Source of the DNA: Malacoraja senta | Lineage: Eukaryota | NCBI GenBank assembly: GCA_038087875.1 | Contig: CM075988.1 | Location: 24,368,001 to 24,432,000, forward strand | Length of the DNA: 64,000 bases | Reading direction: 5' to 3' | Part shown: positions 11,140 to 23,070 of the stretch, piece after piece | How the letters are laid out: each line of letters begins with the position of its first letter | Numbering within the stretch: the stretch's first letter is position 1 | The notes under the pieces: model-generated | The model's input: the letters and a program-made list of their open reading frames with translations, nothing else | Told to the model about the DNA's origin: nothing | The model's database searches: none | Position numbers and translations under genes: made by a program

Positions 11140-13389
11140 TTTGAAAGGAGATGAGGAGGATTTTGTTTTAGTCAGAGGGTGGCGAATCTGTGCAATTCAT
11201 TGCCACAGGTGGCTGTAGAGGCCAAGTCATTATGTATGTTTCAAGAGGAGATTGACAGCTTCTTGATTAGTAACGGTGTCAAAGGTGATGGGCAGAAGGC
11301 CACAGAATGAGGTTGAGAGAAAAGGGTAGATCAGCCATGATTGAATGACGGAGTAGACTCGATGGGACAACTGGCCTTATTCTACTCCTATCATTTATGA
11401 ACTATGAACTATGAACTGTGCCACAGATCCCCCAAGGCATTGCATGTCCAGAGAGGTAGAACATCATTTTAAAATATATTAGGGGCCAGAGTCAACCAAT
11501 TAACCAGGAAAACATCTTAATCTAATGCTCACAATGGTCGGAGAGAATCTCTGCTCCATTACCTCCAACCGAGACAATGGGATTTTTATTAGCATGAGAC
11601 AAGCCGACCTTACTCCCAGACACACATTAACAACACAACATTTACAAATGGTTGTATTTAAACTCTTGTCTCTTTCACTCCCTCGTTAGGAATGGCTCTG
11701 TCCATTACTGCAGCTCTCAGAAACTCCAGTTCATGTTCCTACCTGTTTCCTTCAATGGAACTTGATACTTGACCTGACAGAGAAGGATTGAGATCTGGTA
11801 ATTTGTGAAGGTCTCTTAGCAACGTCAGTGGAAGCAAAATAATATCAGTATTTCCAGTGAAAAGAGATTGCAGTAAATGGGAAAAGAACTCTGGGTTGGA
11901 GCAATGTGGACATTTTTTACACCAAGAGTTGTTTGGAACGGGAATGTTTAGTTGAAGAACATATGAAATAGGAATAGAAATAACCTTTGACCTTCAGGCC
12001 TGCTTAGCTATTATTCCGCACTACTATTCCACACTATCTTCAAGTCCCTTCAATATTCAGATACAGGTCCACCACCGATTTTACGGCAACTGGTGTTCCG
12101 GTACCTTCCTTAATCCGGACAAAATTAAACAAGAATCCACCCCCCCTCCCCCCACGGGTGAGGCGGCCGATCCCGACCTCGTCGGCACTTTGCCGGTGTC
12201 TCGGCCCTCCAGCGGCCTAGGCGGTCCGTTCCAGTACCGTTCTACTCCTCACGGAGCCATGACCTCTGTTGATCCAGCAAAACGGATAGTCCTGAACGAC
12301 TCTTGTCCCTTTTAATCTTAATACACCTAAATAAAGTAATCCCTCAGCCTCCTATGCTCCAAAGAAAAAAGTCGCAGTCTATCCAGCCACTCCCTATAAC
12401 TACACCCGCAAACCCAGTTAGCTCGGTGCTGAATGTCTTCTGCACCCTTTCCAACGTAATGATATTTTGTGTAGGAAGGAACGACAGATGCTGGTTTGCA
12501 CCGAAGATAGACACAAAATGCTGGAGTAACTCAGCGGGTCGTGCAGCAAATGTGGAGAGAAGGAACAGGCGATGTTTCGGGTCGAGACCCTTCTTCATGT
12601 TGATATCTTTCCTGTAGCTGAGTGGCTGGAACTGCTGTCAGGAGATCTGCAGTGTGCTTGCTGCAAGACATCTGACAGGAACTCTGACTCTGCAGGAACA
12701 ACAATGTACCACATCCCTCCATACATCCTCACAAGGCGGCTAGCTTCAAAACTGCGGCGCTCCACACAGCATCAGGCTGGTTTCCTTGTCAACAATGACA
12801 CTGATCTTGCAAGTGTGAATTCAACACATTGCAAAAGTGATTCTGACAGGAACTATATATAGTGCGTGCACACTTCTCACTCTCATACGGATAATTATGT
12901 GGTGTGAGAACCTGTACCAGCATGATTGCGAATGGCAATTTATTTTGAGCTGAGTAGTGGTTGAGAAATCTCAATACAACAGCACAGGAGAGAGACAGAT
13001 GGGACATAATTCACTTGGAGGATATTCACTTATTTCATTCTGCAAAGATGAAATTCAATTAAACTGAGAATTTTTCAACCGAAAAATATACTGGGCCGGT
13101 TGTAGCTCTGAAACTCCAGGTAGACTTGCATATGATGATTAGTCCTGGGACCAGTTACCGACAATACCTGGGCCAATCCAGACCATCAATCCGGGATTGG
13201 TCCTATGGTAAATCTTGGCTGTGGATTCTGAGATAGAATCAACCATAAATCCTAGAGGGTCTCGACCCGAAACATCGGCTATTCCTTCGCTCCATAGATG
13301 CTGCCTCACCCGCTGATTTTCTCCATCATTTTTGTCTACCTTCGATCTGTCCAGCATCTGTAGTTCTCTCTTAAACTATATATATGTAA

Positions 13390-13720
13390 TCACCCTGTCC
13401 CACGGTACGAGTTCATTCCAAGAGCTCTCCCGAGTAAAAAAAAAATCAAACTCGTGGTAAGCGCGGAGAATGAACGTAGAATGAACGTTGCGGGTACGTC
13501 AGAGCTCGGGGACGTCTCTTCGCGCTAACGGCAGGTACTCGGGAAGACTCGCTAACGGCAGGCAAGCACGGGAAGACTCGTGAAGATTTTTCAACATGAT
13601 GAAAAATGTCCACGAGAGCCCCGAGTACCGACGAGTGGCCATTACCGTAAATCTCCGAGTTCGAATCAGGGCAAACTCGGGAGAGCTCTTGGAATGAACT
13701 CGTACCGTGGGACAGGGGTT
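13390..13720. mobile_element. PIF/Harbinger-type MITE, family A
   Basis: TIR CCCTGTCCCACGGTACGAGTTCATTCCAAGAGCTCTCCCGAGT; TAA on both flanks. Confidence 0.85.
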
Positions 13721-14885
13721 TAAGTGTGCATTTGTGTTTGAGTGTACGCGTGTATGTGTCTGTGCACATGTGCGTGCAATCGCATGTTGCGGCAGCACAA
13801 AATGCACCATCTGCAGACTAGTTTTCCAAGGCAATGAAAGGTTAGCATTGGTGTGGGAAACAACTAATCAGCCAGCTCCTACAATGAGGTTGGCACAAGC
13901 ACCGTAGGACAAACAGTTTGGGTCGTGGTACATAAAGTAGAGCATGGGTTTCGCTGGACAGACCTGCAACATTACTGCATCTCTCACCACCGACACCACG
14001 CCTGTCCCATTCACGGATGGAGTTTGTTCAATAAACCAGCGGACTAGCCACCAGGGAATAATCCTTGGAGCTGCTGGTGTAAAACTAATTAATTTGCAGT
14101 CATTTGTGTGTTATTCCTGGACAGAATGGAGATCGTTCAGATTTAATTAGGTGATCGCAGCGCGGATAATTTAACCAAGTTGGGAACAAGCAGAGAGAGA
14201 CATGAGCCTCAATCAGATGCTCAGCATCCCCACTCGAAAGGAACAGCGTGCAAATTGCTGCAAGGTCTGTAATCTGCTCCACATGGACTGTATCCTTTGC
14301 CCTTTATGGTCCTGACAGGGCTTGAGGTGATTGAGTGGCTGGGAGCTGAGCTGTGTGTTAGCAGAGGTCAGGGAGTCACTCTGTTCCAAACATCTAAAGC
14401 TTGTCTAAACATGCCGATTATGGGGAAACATTCCTGGCACCAGGTGCCTGCTCGTGACACCGTAAACATGGTGACCGCCCAGCTGAGTGCAGGCAGCGTT
14501 ATTTGTGAGCGAGAGCACTCGAGTCCTCAGAGAGCATTACGTCCATTGAATTATTTATTGCCTGGCACCTCGTGTCCATCTCTCTGTTCGGGCTGGGCCA
14601 GGGCTGCCAGGAGACTGAGCAGATTAGCTCCGGCAGAACCTACATCACCTTCTCACCTCCCCGCTGCCTCATTTACAAACCTGCTGGAGTGAGCACCCTC
14701 AACAGTCGCTATATTCCACCACACGTGCTTACACTGAAGATCCTTCACACCCTGCATGTCTCCGTACATCAGTGTTAACCCTGTGTTCTTCATTGGTGAC
14801 CCTCGGACTATCTTTAAGCAGGAATGTGGAGGAATGTGGAATGTGGAGCCCACAATGGTCCATTGTTGGCTGTGGGGAAGGTGAT

Positions 14886-15290
14886 AATGAGAGGGGATCT
14901 TATTGAAACATATAAGATTGTTAAGGGTTTGGACACGCTAGAGGCAGGAAACATGTTCCCGATGTTGGGGGAGTCCTGAACCAGGGGCCACAGTTTCAGA
15001 ATAAGGGGTAAGCCATTTAGAACAGAGATGAGGAAACACTTTTTCTCACAGAGAGTGGTGAGTCTGTGGAATTCTCTGCCTCAGAAGGCGGTGGAGGCAG
15101 GTTCTCTGGATACTTTCAAGAGAGAGCTAGATAGGGCTCTTAAAGATAGCGGAGTCAGGGGATATGGGGAGAAGGCAGGAACGGGGTACTGATTGGAAAT
15201 GATCAGCCATGATCACATTGAATGGTGGTGCTGGCTCGAAGGGCCGAATGGCCTACTCCTGCACCTATTGTCTATTGTCTATTTTCTATT
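14886..15290 (+). mobile_element. CR1 (HER1-like) LINE 3' fragment
   Basis: MRGDLIETYKIVKGLDTLEAG...; (ATTGTCT)n tail. Confidence 0.9.
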
Positions 15291-15694
15291 GGAACTGCAG
15301 ATGCTGGAAAAATCGAAAGTAGACAAAAAATGCTGGAGAAACTCAGCGGGTGAGGCAGCATCTACGGAGAAAAGGAGTTTTCGGTCGAGACCTGAAATGT
15401 CACCTACTCCTTAGCTCCATAGATGCTGCCTCACCCGCTGAGTTTCTCCAGCATTTTTTGTCTACCTCGGACTATCTTTGATCAGACTTTACTAGCTTTA
15501 CCTTGCACTAAACGTTATTCCCTAATCATGTATAAGTACACTGTAAATGGCTTGATTGTAATCATGTATTGTCTTTCCGCTCACAACAAAAACTTTTCAC
15601 TGTACCTCGGTACACGTGACAATAAACTCAACTCAAACTGAACTCAGACTACTCGAGCTTCGTTTTTGTATATTTAGCATTTTGTATACAGTAA

Positions 15695-16054
15695 TAGCCC
15701 TGTCCCACGGTACGAGTTCATTCCAAGAACTCTCCCGAGTTTTAAAAAAATCAAACTCGTGGTAAGCACGGAGAATGAACGTAGCGGGTACGTCGGAGCT
15801 CGGGGACGTCTCTTAGCGGCTCATAACGCTAACGGCAGGTACTCGGGGAGACTCGCTAACGGCAGGTAAGCACGGGAAGACTCGCTAACGGCAGGTAAGC
15901 ACGGGAAGACTCGCGAAGATTTTTCAACATGTTGAAAAATGTCCACGAGACCCCCCGAGTACCGACGAGCGGCCATTACCGTAAATCTCCGAGTTCGAAT
16001 CAGGGCAAACTCGGGAGAGCTCTTGGAATGAACTCGTACCATGGGACAGGGCTT
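15695..16054. mobile_element. PIF/Harbinger-type MITE, family A
   Basis: Same TIR; TAA TSD at 15692-15694 and 16055-16057; one extra internal 29-bp unit. Confidence 0.85.
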
Positions 16055-16414
16055 TAACTTTCTTAATTCTGTCTTTTTTTGTGGTTAATTTTGCTTCTAT
16101 TTTTATTTACATCTCTTTATCTTTTTCTCTTTCTCCGTGGTTGCCTTGGTGATTTCTGAACTTCCCGCATATTTATCTTTCTATTAGTCCTGCACCCAGC
16201 AGAGTAGATGATTGGAAGCCCAGAAGCAACACCTTCCCATTCCACTCCTCCTTTCCCAAAGTCCAGAGTCCCTAAGTCACGGGAAACATAGATTTTCTTG
16301 GCCTGTCAACTGATTTCCTGTGTCTGCTGCTGAAAGTGTAGCCTTCTCCGCACAGGGGAACCAAATGAAGAATGGGGGGTGTCCCTGACGTAACGCATTG
16401 AGGACTATAAACAG

Positions 16415-16693
16415 TGTTTAGTTTAGTTTACAGGTACAGCGTGGAAACAGGCCCTTCGCCCACCGACCAGCAAACCTCGCACATTAACGCTATCCTACAC
16501 ACACTCGGCATAATTTATACCAAGCCAATTAGCCTACAAACCTGTACGTCTTTGGAGTGTGGGAGGTAACCGAAGATCTCGGAGAAAACCCACGCGGTCA
16601 CGGGGAGAACGTGCAGACTCCCTACAGACAGCACCCGCGGTCGGGATCGAACCCGGGTCTCAAGCAGCAATTCTACCGCTGCGCCACCGTGGC
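16415..16693 (-). mobile_element. V-SINE (HE1-like)
   Basis: Same consensus. Confidence 0.85.
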
Positions 16694-18019
16694 TGAGATT
16701 CTCAGTCAGCCTCGAGGAGCTGAGATCTTCTCCCCAATCTGTACATACAAGCTGTTGTGTGAACGCAAAAGAACCCTTCAAGAGCTGAAATAAAAGCCCC
16801 TGATGTGATGATTCTGCTTCTCAATATCACACACTCGCTTCTCGCCAAAGCCAGCAGACCTGCTGCTTATTTATAATAATTCTCTGGTTTTTGCATTCCT
16901 CACATTTATTTGGCAGCAGCCAAAACCTTGCTCTCTCCAGCCAAGCAGCTAGCCTGCCTGCACCCCAGTGTTCATTAACCCTCTTGTCTGCTGGGTGGGA
17001 GTTGGCAATAATGGAGATGACTGTCACATGGGAGGGGGGAGTGGGGGGGTGTGGAGGGGTGGGAGGGCCGGGGGAATTTTCCAATCTGGTATTTCCCAGC
17101 ATTTAAACAGGGAGCAAATCCTTTTGCCTCACTCCAGCTGTGCGTAACTTGCAGTTGCAGATCTACTTCTGAGGACATGTGTAGGAAGGAACTGCAGATG
17201 CTGGTTTACACCGAAGATAGACACAAAATGCTGCAGTAACTCAGCGGGACAGGCAGCATCTCTGGACAGAAGGAATGCGTGATTTTTCGGGTCGAGAAGG
17301 GTCTCGACCCCGAAACGTCACCCATGCAAATCTGAGCATTAGAAATTAGTTATCATTCTAGACGTGTACTCTGAGGAAGAACTAGACTGTTTCTTTACCC
17401 GTCAATCTCTGGAGAACTGAATGGCAAAAATATTGTGTATGACGGAACTGCTGATTTACACCGGATATAGACACAAAATGCTGGAGTAACTCAGCAGGAC
17501 AGGTAGCATCTCTGTAGAGAAGGAATGGGTGATGTTTTGGGTCGAGACTTCCAGTTACTCCAGCTATTTGTGTTTTGCTTCTGAGGACATCCTGGTTATC
17601 GTTTATATCTTTTGGATCTGGCATCTTGCTCGAAGGCTTTTGTTGTTTGTTGTTCACCGGACCTCGCCGTTGTCAGCAAGCCTGGCTTTGACTGCCCGTC
17701 CCTTCCCACCACTGACTGATTGGCCTTGTTAGGGTCCATCAGAGGACAACTAAGATCCAAGTATATTGGTGGATCTGGATTATTATGTGAGCCAGACTGA
17801 GTAATTTATGCAGATGTCCTTCCCAGAAGGGTATTAGTGAACCAGATGGGTGTTTATGACAATCCGACTGAATCATGATCACCATCGCTGATATTAGCTT
17901 TTCATTCCAAAGTTGATTTAATTACTTGAATTTAAATTCCCCTGCTGCCGTGCTGGGTCTCGAGCTCAGGTCTTCGACTCGCCAGTCTAGGCTATCCAGC
18001 AATGTAATCATTGTCCTAC

Positions 18020-18527
18020 CATTCTTGCTATTGAGGGAGTGCAGCGTAGGTCTACAAGGTTAATTCCCGGGATGGCGGGACTGTCATATGCTGAGAGAAT
18101 GGAGCAGCTGGGCTTGTACACTCTGGAGTTTAGAAGGATAAGAGGATATCTCATTGAAACATATAAGATTGTTAAGGGTTTGGACACGCTAGAGGCAGGA
18201 AACATGTTCCCGATGTTGGGGGAGTCCAGAACCAGGGGCCACAGTTTAAGAATAAGGAGTAGAACGGAGACGAGGAAACACTTTTTCTCACAGAGAGTGG
18301 TGAGTCTGTGGAATTCTCTGCCTCAGAGGATGGTGGAGGCTGGTTCTCTGGATGCTTTCAAGAGAGAGCTAGAGAGGGCTCTTATAAATAGTGTAGTCAG
18401 GGGATTATGGGGAGAAGGCAGGAACGGGGTACTGATTGGGGATGATTAGCCATGATCACATTGAATGGCGGTGCTGGCTCGAAGGGCCGAATGGTCTACT
18501 CCTGCACCTATTGTCTATTGTCTATTG
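18020..18527 (+). mobile_element. CR1 (HER1-like) LINE 3' fragment
   Basis: VQRRSTRLIPGMAGLSYAERMEQLGLYTLEFRRIRGYLIETYKIVKG; (ATTGTCT)n tail. Confidence 0.9.
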
Positions 18528-18837
18528 TCATCTACATTACTGCAGGCCAGGGACAGTTGTGGACATACTGTATAAACCTTCTGCAGACCCAACCATACAC
18601 ATTCCATAATACACCTTCCTTGCCTCGCGCATCGTTCATTTTGATGTAAAACCTCTCCTGCTTTCCATTTTATCATAGACTTTTCTTCCCAACACCCTTT
18701 CCAAACTCTGCACTTGTTTAAATCCTATTGTATAGTTATGATTCGAATGTTGTCTCTCTTTTTTCTCTCCACAGATCTGCTGAGTATTTTCAGCGTTTTC
18801 TGTTCACCTGCTACTCAACCTGACTTCAGAAAAGAAT

Positions 18838-19112
18838 GTGTAGGAAGGAACTGCAGATGCTGGTTTACACCAAAGATAGACACAAAATGGTGGACTAACT
18901 CAGCGGGACAGGCAGTATCTCTGGATAGAAGGAATGGGTGACGTTTGCGGATCGAGACCCATCTTCAGTCTGATCCACAGCCTGAAGAAGGGTCTCGACC
19001 CGAAAAGTCACCGATTCCTTCTATCCAGAGATACTGCCTGTCCTGTTAAGTTACTCCAGCTTTTTGTGTCTATCTTCAGTTTAAACCAGCATCTGCAGTT
19101 CCTTCTTACATA
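18838..19112. mobile_element. Inverted pair of PLE termini
   Basis: TGTGTAGGAAGGAACTGCAG...CTGCAGTTCCTTCTTACA in inverted arrangement. Confidence 0.8.
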
Positions 19113-19508
19113 TTTTAAAGGATATCTTGATTTATTTACAACCTAACACAACACCTCCTTCTGAAGACAACATTAACAGGCGGTGTGTGAGATGGTGACC
19201 TCACCAGTATTGGTGTGCAGTGATGTTAGTGGAAGCATTGTTGGCTGTGGATTTGTTGCCAATGTTGGTGGCAATGTTGAGAGTAAAGCGCCATTGGTAT
19301 TGGCAGCAATAACGTTGGCAATGAGGGCTCTGGTAGTGATCAATGACAATGTTGGCCGTGAAGCTGCTGATAGTGAGGATGTATACAATGTTGTGGTGAT
19401 AAGGTTGGCCGTGAAGGCAATGGTAGTGACGTTGGTGGCAATATTGGCAGCGGTAACACTGGCAGTGAGGGTATAGGTGGTGATGTCAAAGACCAGGTTG
19501 GCAGTTAG

Positions 19509-19956
19509 CGGAGGCTTGGCGATCGTTTCGCCGAACACCTCCGGTCGGTCCGCAATAACCAACCTGACCTCCCGGTGGCTCAGCACTTCAACTCCCCCTC
19601 CCATTCCGTATCTGACCTCTCTGTCCTGGGTCTCCTCCATGGCCACAGCGAGCAACACCGTAAATTGGAGGAAATGCACCTCATATTCCGCTTGGGCAGT
19701 CTACATCCTGGGGGCTTGAACATTGAATTCTCCCAATTCTGCTAGCCCTTGCTGTCCCCTCCCCTTCATCAGCCCTCTGGTTGTCTCCTCCCCTCCCCCA
19801 GCCCTCGGGCTCCTCCTCCGCCTTTTTCCTTTTTTCCTTTCTTCTCCCCACCCCCTATCAGTCTGAAGAAGGGTTTCGGCCCGAAACGTTGCCTATTTCC
19901 TTCGCTCCATAGATGCTGCTGCACCCGCTGAGTTTCTCCAGCATTTTTGTGTACCT
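19509..19956 (+). mobile_element. Penelope-like element 3' end: GIY-YIG endonuclease C-terminus plus terminal repeat
   Basis: 19509-19745 reads RRLGDRFAEHLRSVRNNQPDLPVAQHFNSPSHS...RKLEEMHLIFRLGSLHPGGLNIEFSQFC*; then a pyrimidine tract and CTGAAGAAGGGTTTCGGCCCGAAACG. Confidence 0.9.
19861..19893 (+). ncRNA. Minimal hammerhead-ribozyme-like motif of the PLE terminus (representative copy)
   Basis: CUGAAGA core, extra A, stem II GGGU-UUCG-GCCC, then GAAAC-GUU; other copies (2613, 50607, 63720) have GGGU-CUCG-ACCC; stems I and III are very short. Confidence 0.55.
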
Positions 19957-20021
19957 GGCAGTTATAGTGTTGACAGTGCTGCTGCTGATGGTATTGTCAA
20001 AGTCAATGTAGGAGGTGATGT

Positions 20022-20335
20022 GGGCTGCACAGTGGCGCAGCGGTAGAGTTGCTGCCTCACAGCTCTAGAGACCCGGGTTCAAACTCCACTACGGTGCTGT
20101 CTGTACAGAGTTTGTACGTTCTCGCTGTGACCCTGTGGGCTTTCTCCGGGTGCTCCAGTTTCCTCCCACACTCCAAAGATTTTGAGGTTTGTAGGTTAAT
20201 TGGCTTCGGTAAAATTGTAAATTGTCCCTAGTGTGTGTAGGATAGTGTTAGTGTACAGGATGATCAATGGTTAGCGTGGACTCGGAGGGACAGGGGGGCT
20301 TTTTCCACGCTGTATCTCTAATCTAAACTAAAACT
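20022..20335 (+). mobile_element. tRNA-derived V-SINE (HE1-like)
   Basis: A box GTGGCGCAGCGG, B box GGTTCAAAC, V-domain GAGTTTGTACGTTCTC...TTTCCTCCCACACTCCAAAG, (CTAAA)n tail. Confidence 0.9.
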
Positions 20336-20404
20336 GATGGTGTTTGCTTAGAGGGTGTTGATGGTGATCTCAGTGGCAATGTTGGTAGCGTGTGTACTGG
20401 TAGT

Positions 20405-21980
20405 AGCGATGTTACAATACTTACCTTCAGCGGCGATGCAGTTCTGCCACTGGCCGTGTGCGCGACTTTGGTGCCTTTGGGGGGGGGGGGGGCGGGATTA
20501 AAATGTCGGAGGCGAACTTCCTCAGGCTGTTAAGCTGCTGCAGAATAATCGTTCCGACTTCCGTTCTCGGAAGGGTTTTTTTAAATCGTGGGACAATTTA
20601 ATCACTGGAGTAAAATAAAAAGCTACTTCTAACACACTCAACGTCTATAACGGGACAGATCTCACGTAGGGGACAAAACAAAATGTGTCATTTATTTTAC
20701 ATATAAATTTGCTTCTTAGGATGACTTTAATCAAAATTTCCTTGGCGAAAATGTGATTTTGGCCCCATATGAACTGGCAGTGTTTTTCCTGCCGATATGG
20801 GGTTCAAATTCACCGCAAATGCAACGTTCCAATCGATCGTGTTCCACAAAAACTCACTCGCAAGATGATTAAAATGCCCATTCATTTACGGGAATTAAAC
20901 ATTCAATTCCTTCCATTTGGCCTATAAATTCATGACAATGAGATTTAAAAATCATGTTTTATTGTGAATTCTTGTGTGAATGTTATTTGGACACTTAGGC
21001 TATTTGAAAATGTTAAAGGCCTGTCTCACGAGTCTGCGGTCATTGGCGGCAAAACGGGAAGAATCTGCCGCCATAGACCGCGCACTCGTGAGAACGCACA
21101 ATTCTGGGGCCGTGAGGCGGTGTTCCCAACACCGCACGGTGCTAAAATAAAACCTACACTGTTTAAAACTATATTCTTACCGCACAACCTCCACCAGTGA
21201 TGCACCAGTGTGGCTCGAGCGCCGTGCGTCAAACTTCCACTGCCACAGCCTCCGCCAGTGAGGCACGTGTGCGGCACGGCCGCAGGCACAGCCACCGCTA
21301 CAGCGCCGCGATCAGGACGGCCGCCGCCACAGCCGCCGCTCGTGAGTCACGTGCGGCGGGCCGACGTCATCGCAGTCGGCCCGCCCTTTTTTTAACTTAC
21401 CGCAAGCACGTGGGACCCGCCGTGTTTGAATTACTCGGCCCCCGCGCAGCATCCGTGCGGCGCTCCCGTGGATGGGCTCGGCGATCTCGCCGTTGCCGTG
21501 CGGTCCCCTCTACCGGCGACGCCGCGCTTCACCGCCGATGACCGCAAACAGGTAAGACAGAGGCATTAACCTTTTCTTAAGAAATGGATAGATGTTTAGA
21601 TCTAGTAATTGAATTTTGTAATTAGCTACAATTAGGTAACTATAATTATATGCTTTAATTTCAGGTCATCCAAGTAAGATTGTTTCATATTTGTTTCAGA
21701 ATGCCTCAATCTATAATAACTGAAAATTTCATTCAGTTCTCTTAATATTTAAGAAAGTTATGGGCTTTTGACTGTCCTCGATCACAGCTTTTGAGTTAAG
21801 TCAATGGAAAAGCAATAGGGAACAAGATGCTAATTTCAGAGTATGAAAATGGCCATTACTTTTTTAATACTGAAGATATGAAAGTGAATTAGGTGTCAAA
21901 TTAAACTTCTTTTTATGCTTTGTCTGATGGGATAAATTGCAGACATGATTTTTTAAATCACAAAATGTTGTAACGTTGCT
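20405..21980. mobile_element. Non-autonomous DNA transposon, superfamily uncertain
   Basis: TIR AGCGATGTTACAA / TTGTAACGTTGCT; ACTGGTAGT duplicated at 20396-20404 and 21981-21989. Confidence 0.75.
21016..21565. mobile_element. GC/CpG-rich Harbinger-type MITE nested in another DNA element
   Basis: Imperfect TIRs AAGGCCTGTCTCACGAGTCTGCGGTCATTGGCGG / CCGCCGATGACCGCAAACAGGTAAGACAGAGGCA; TTA(A) on both flanks. Confidence 0.7.
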
Positions 21981-22489
21981 ACTGGTAGTGATGGCAATGA
22001 CAATGTTGTCAGTGTTGGCACAGTATTGGTGTTGAGGTCAATGGCAATGTTGAGTGCAGTGTTGATATTGGTGGTGTTGTAAGACTTGCTACAGCTACAG
22101 TGACACCGATGTTCACAGGTTCTCGGGGCAGAATTTGGCCACTCGGCACATCAGATGTTGATGGTTGCAGTGTTGTGTTGGTAGCAACATTGCCTGTTGT
22201 TGTTCCCGTGGCAGTGTTGGAAGCATCGGTAGAGATTTAACTGGGAGAGAAATGGCGATGCTTGCATTTCTAAAGTACATGTTTAATCTATGAAACATCT
22301 GGCCTTGAAGAAGGTACACGAGCTTCACCGAATTGAAACCAAACAACATTTGCTTGTCCCGTGAAAATTAAAGCTTTAAGAGGTGATCTTGCTGGGATGT
22401 TTCTGACAATTATAGGAATCAAGAGCCTAAATAAAATCCCCTCTTGCACAGGAGTCTGGAACAAAGGGGCATCATTTAAAGAAACAGAG

Positions 22490-23070
22490 AGGTCACAGAG
22501 ATTGGTGAACATTGCCCAGTCCATCACGGGTACAAGCCAATATTATCAAAGGCCTAAACTACCCGAGCCCACGCTCCCATTTCGCTACAACCATCAAGAA
22601 AAAAGTAAGGAGTCTGAAAACGCTGGCCACCAGGGCTTCTTCTGAGTTAGATTTAGCTCTTAGAGCTAACAGAATCAAGATGGGGAGAAAGCAGGAACGG
22701 GTTTTGGATGATCAGGCAAGATCATATTGAATGGCGGTGCTGGCTCGAAGGGCCGAATGGCCTACGCCTGCACATATTTTCCATGTTTCTTCTCAGGAAC
22801 CATCAGGCTCTTGAACCTTGCACAAAACTAACCCCACCCTCAACAACAACGATCTTCTGTGGACTGAGTCTTTGGTTGCACTATGGACCTCAGTTTTGCA
22901 CTATTACGGTTACCTAGTATTACTGCGATCCATTTATTGTCTTATCAATGATTTAATTTATTTATCTGTGTGCTATTGCATTAATAAGTCTATCAAACTG
23001 CAACGCAAGCAAGAATTTCATTGTTCCGTTGCCCCGACACTTGACAATGAAACACTCTTGACTCTTAATT
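22490..23070 (+). mobile_element. Degenerate Rex1/Babar-type 3' end, interrupted by a CR1 tail at ~22643-22790
   Basis: QRLVNIAQSITG...RSLKT; 3' end CAAGAATTTCATTGTT...ACACTCTTGACTCTT shared with ~7670-7755. Confidence 0.55.

Noticed and set aside
12618..12862. Open frame after an acceptor-like TTTCCTGTAG
   Set aside because: No recognisable protein similarity or clear donor; adjacent to a PLE fragment.
15826..15915. Three ~29-bp repeats resembling a CRISPR array
   Set aside because: Head-to-tail without spacers, inside a MITE, eukaryotic context, no cas genes.
19173..19679. 168-aa Thr/Ala-rich minus-strand ORF, mucin-like
   Set aside because: Chimera of antisense PLE sequence and a degenerate GTT/GGT low-complexity tract that continues, interrupted by TEs, to ~22230; no gene context.
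21197..21541. CpG-island-like promoter or Ala/Arg-rich ORF
   Set aside because: Lies wholly inside a nested MITE, which explains the CpG richness.
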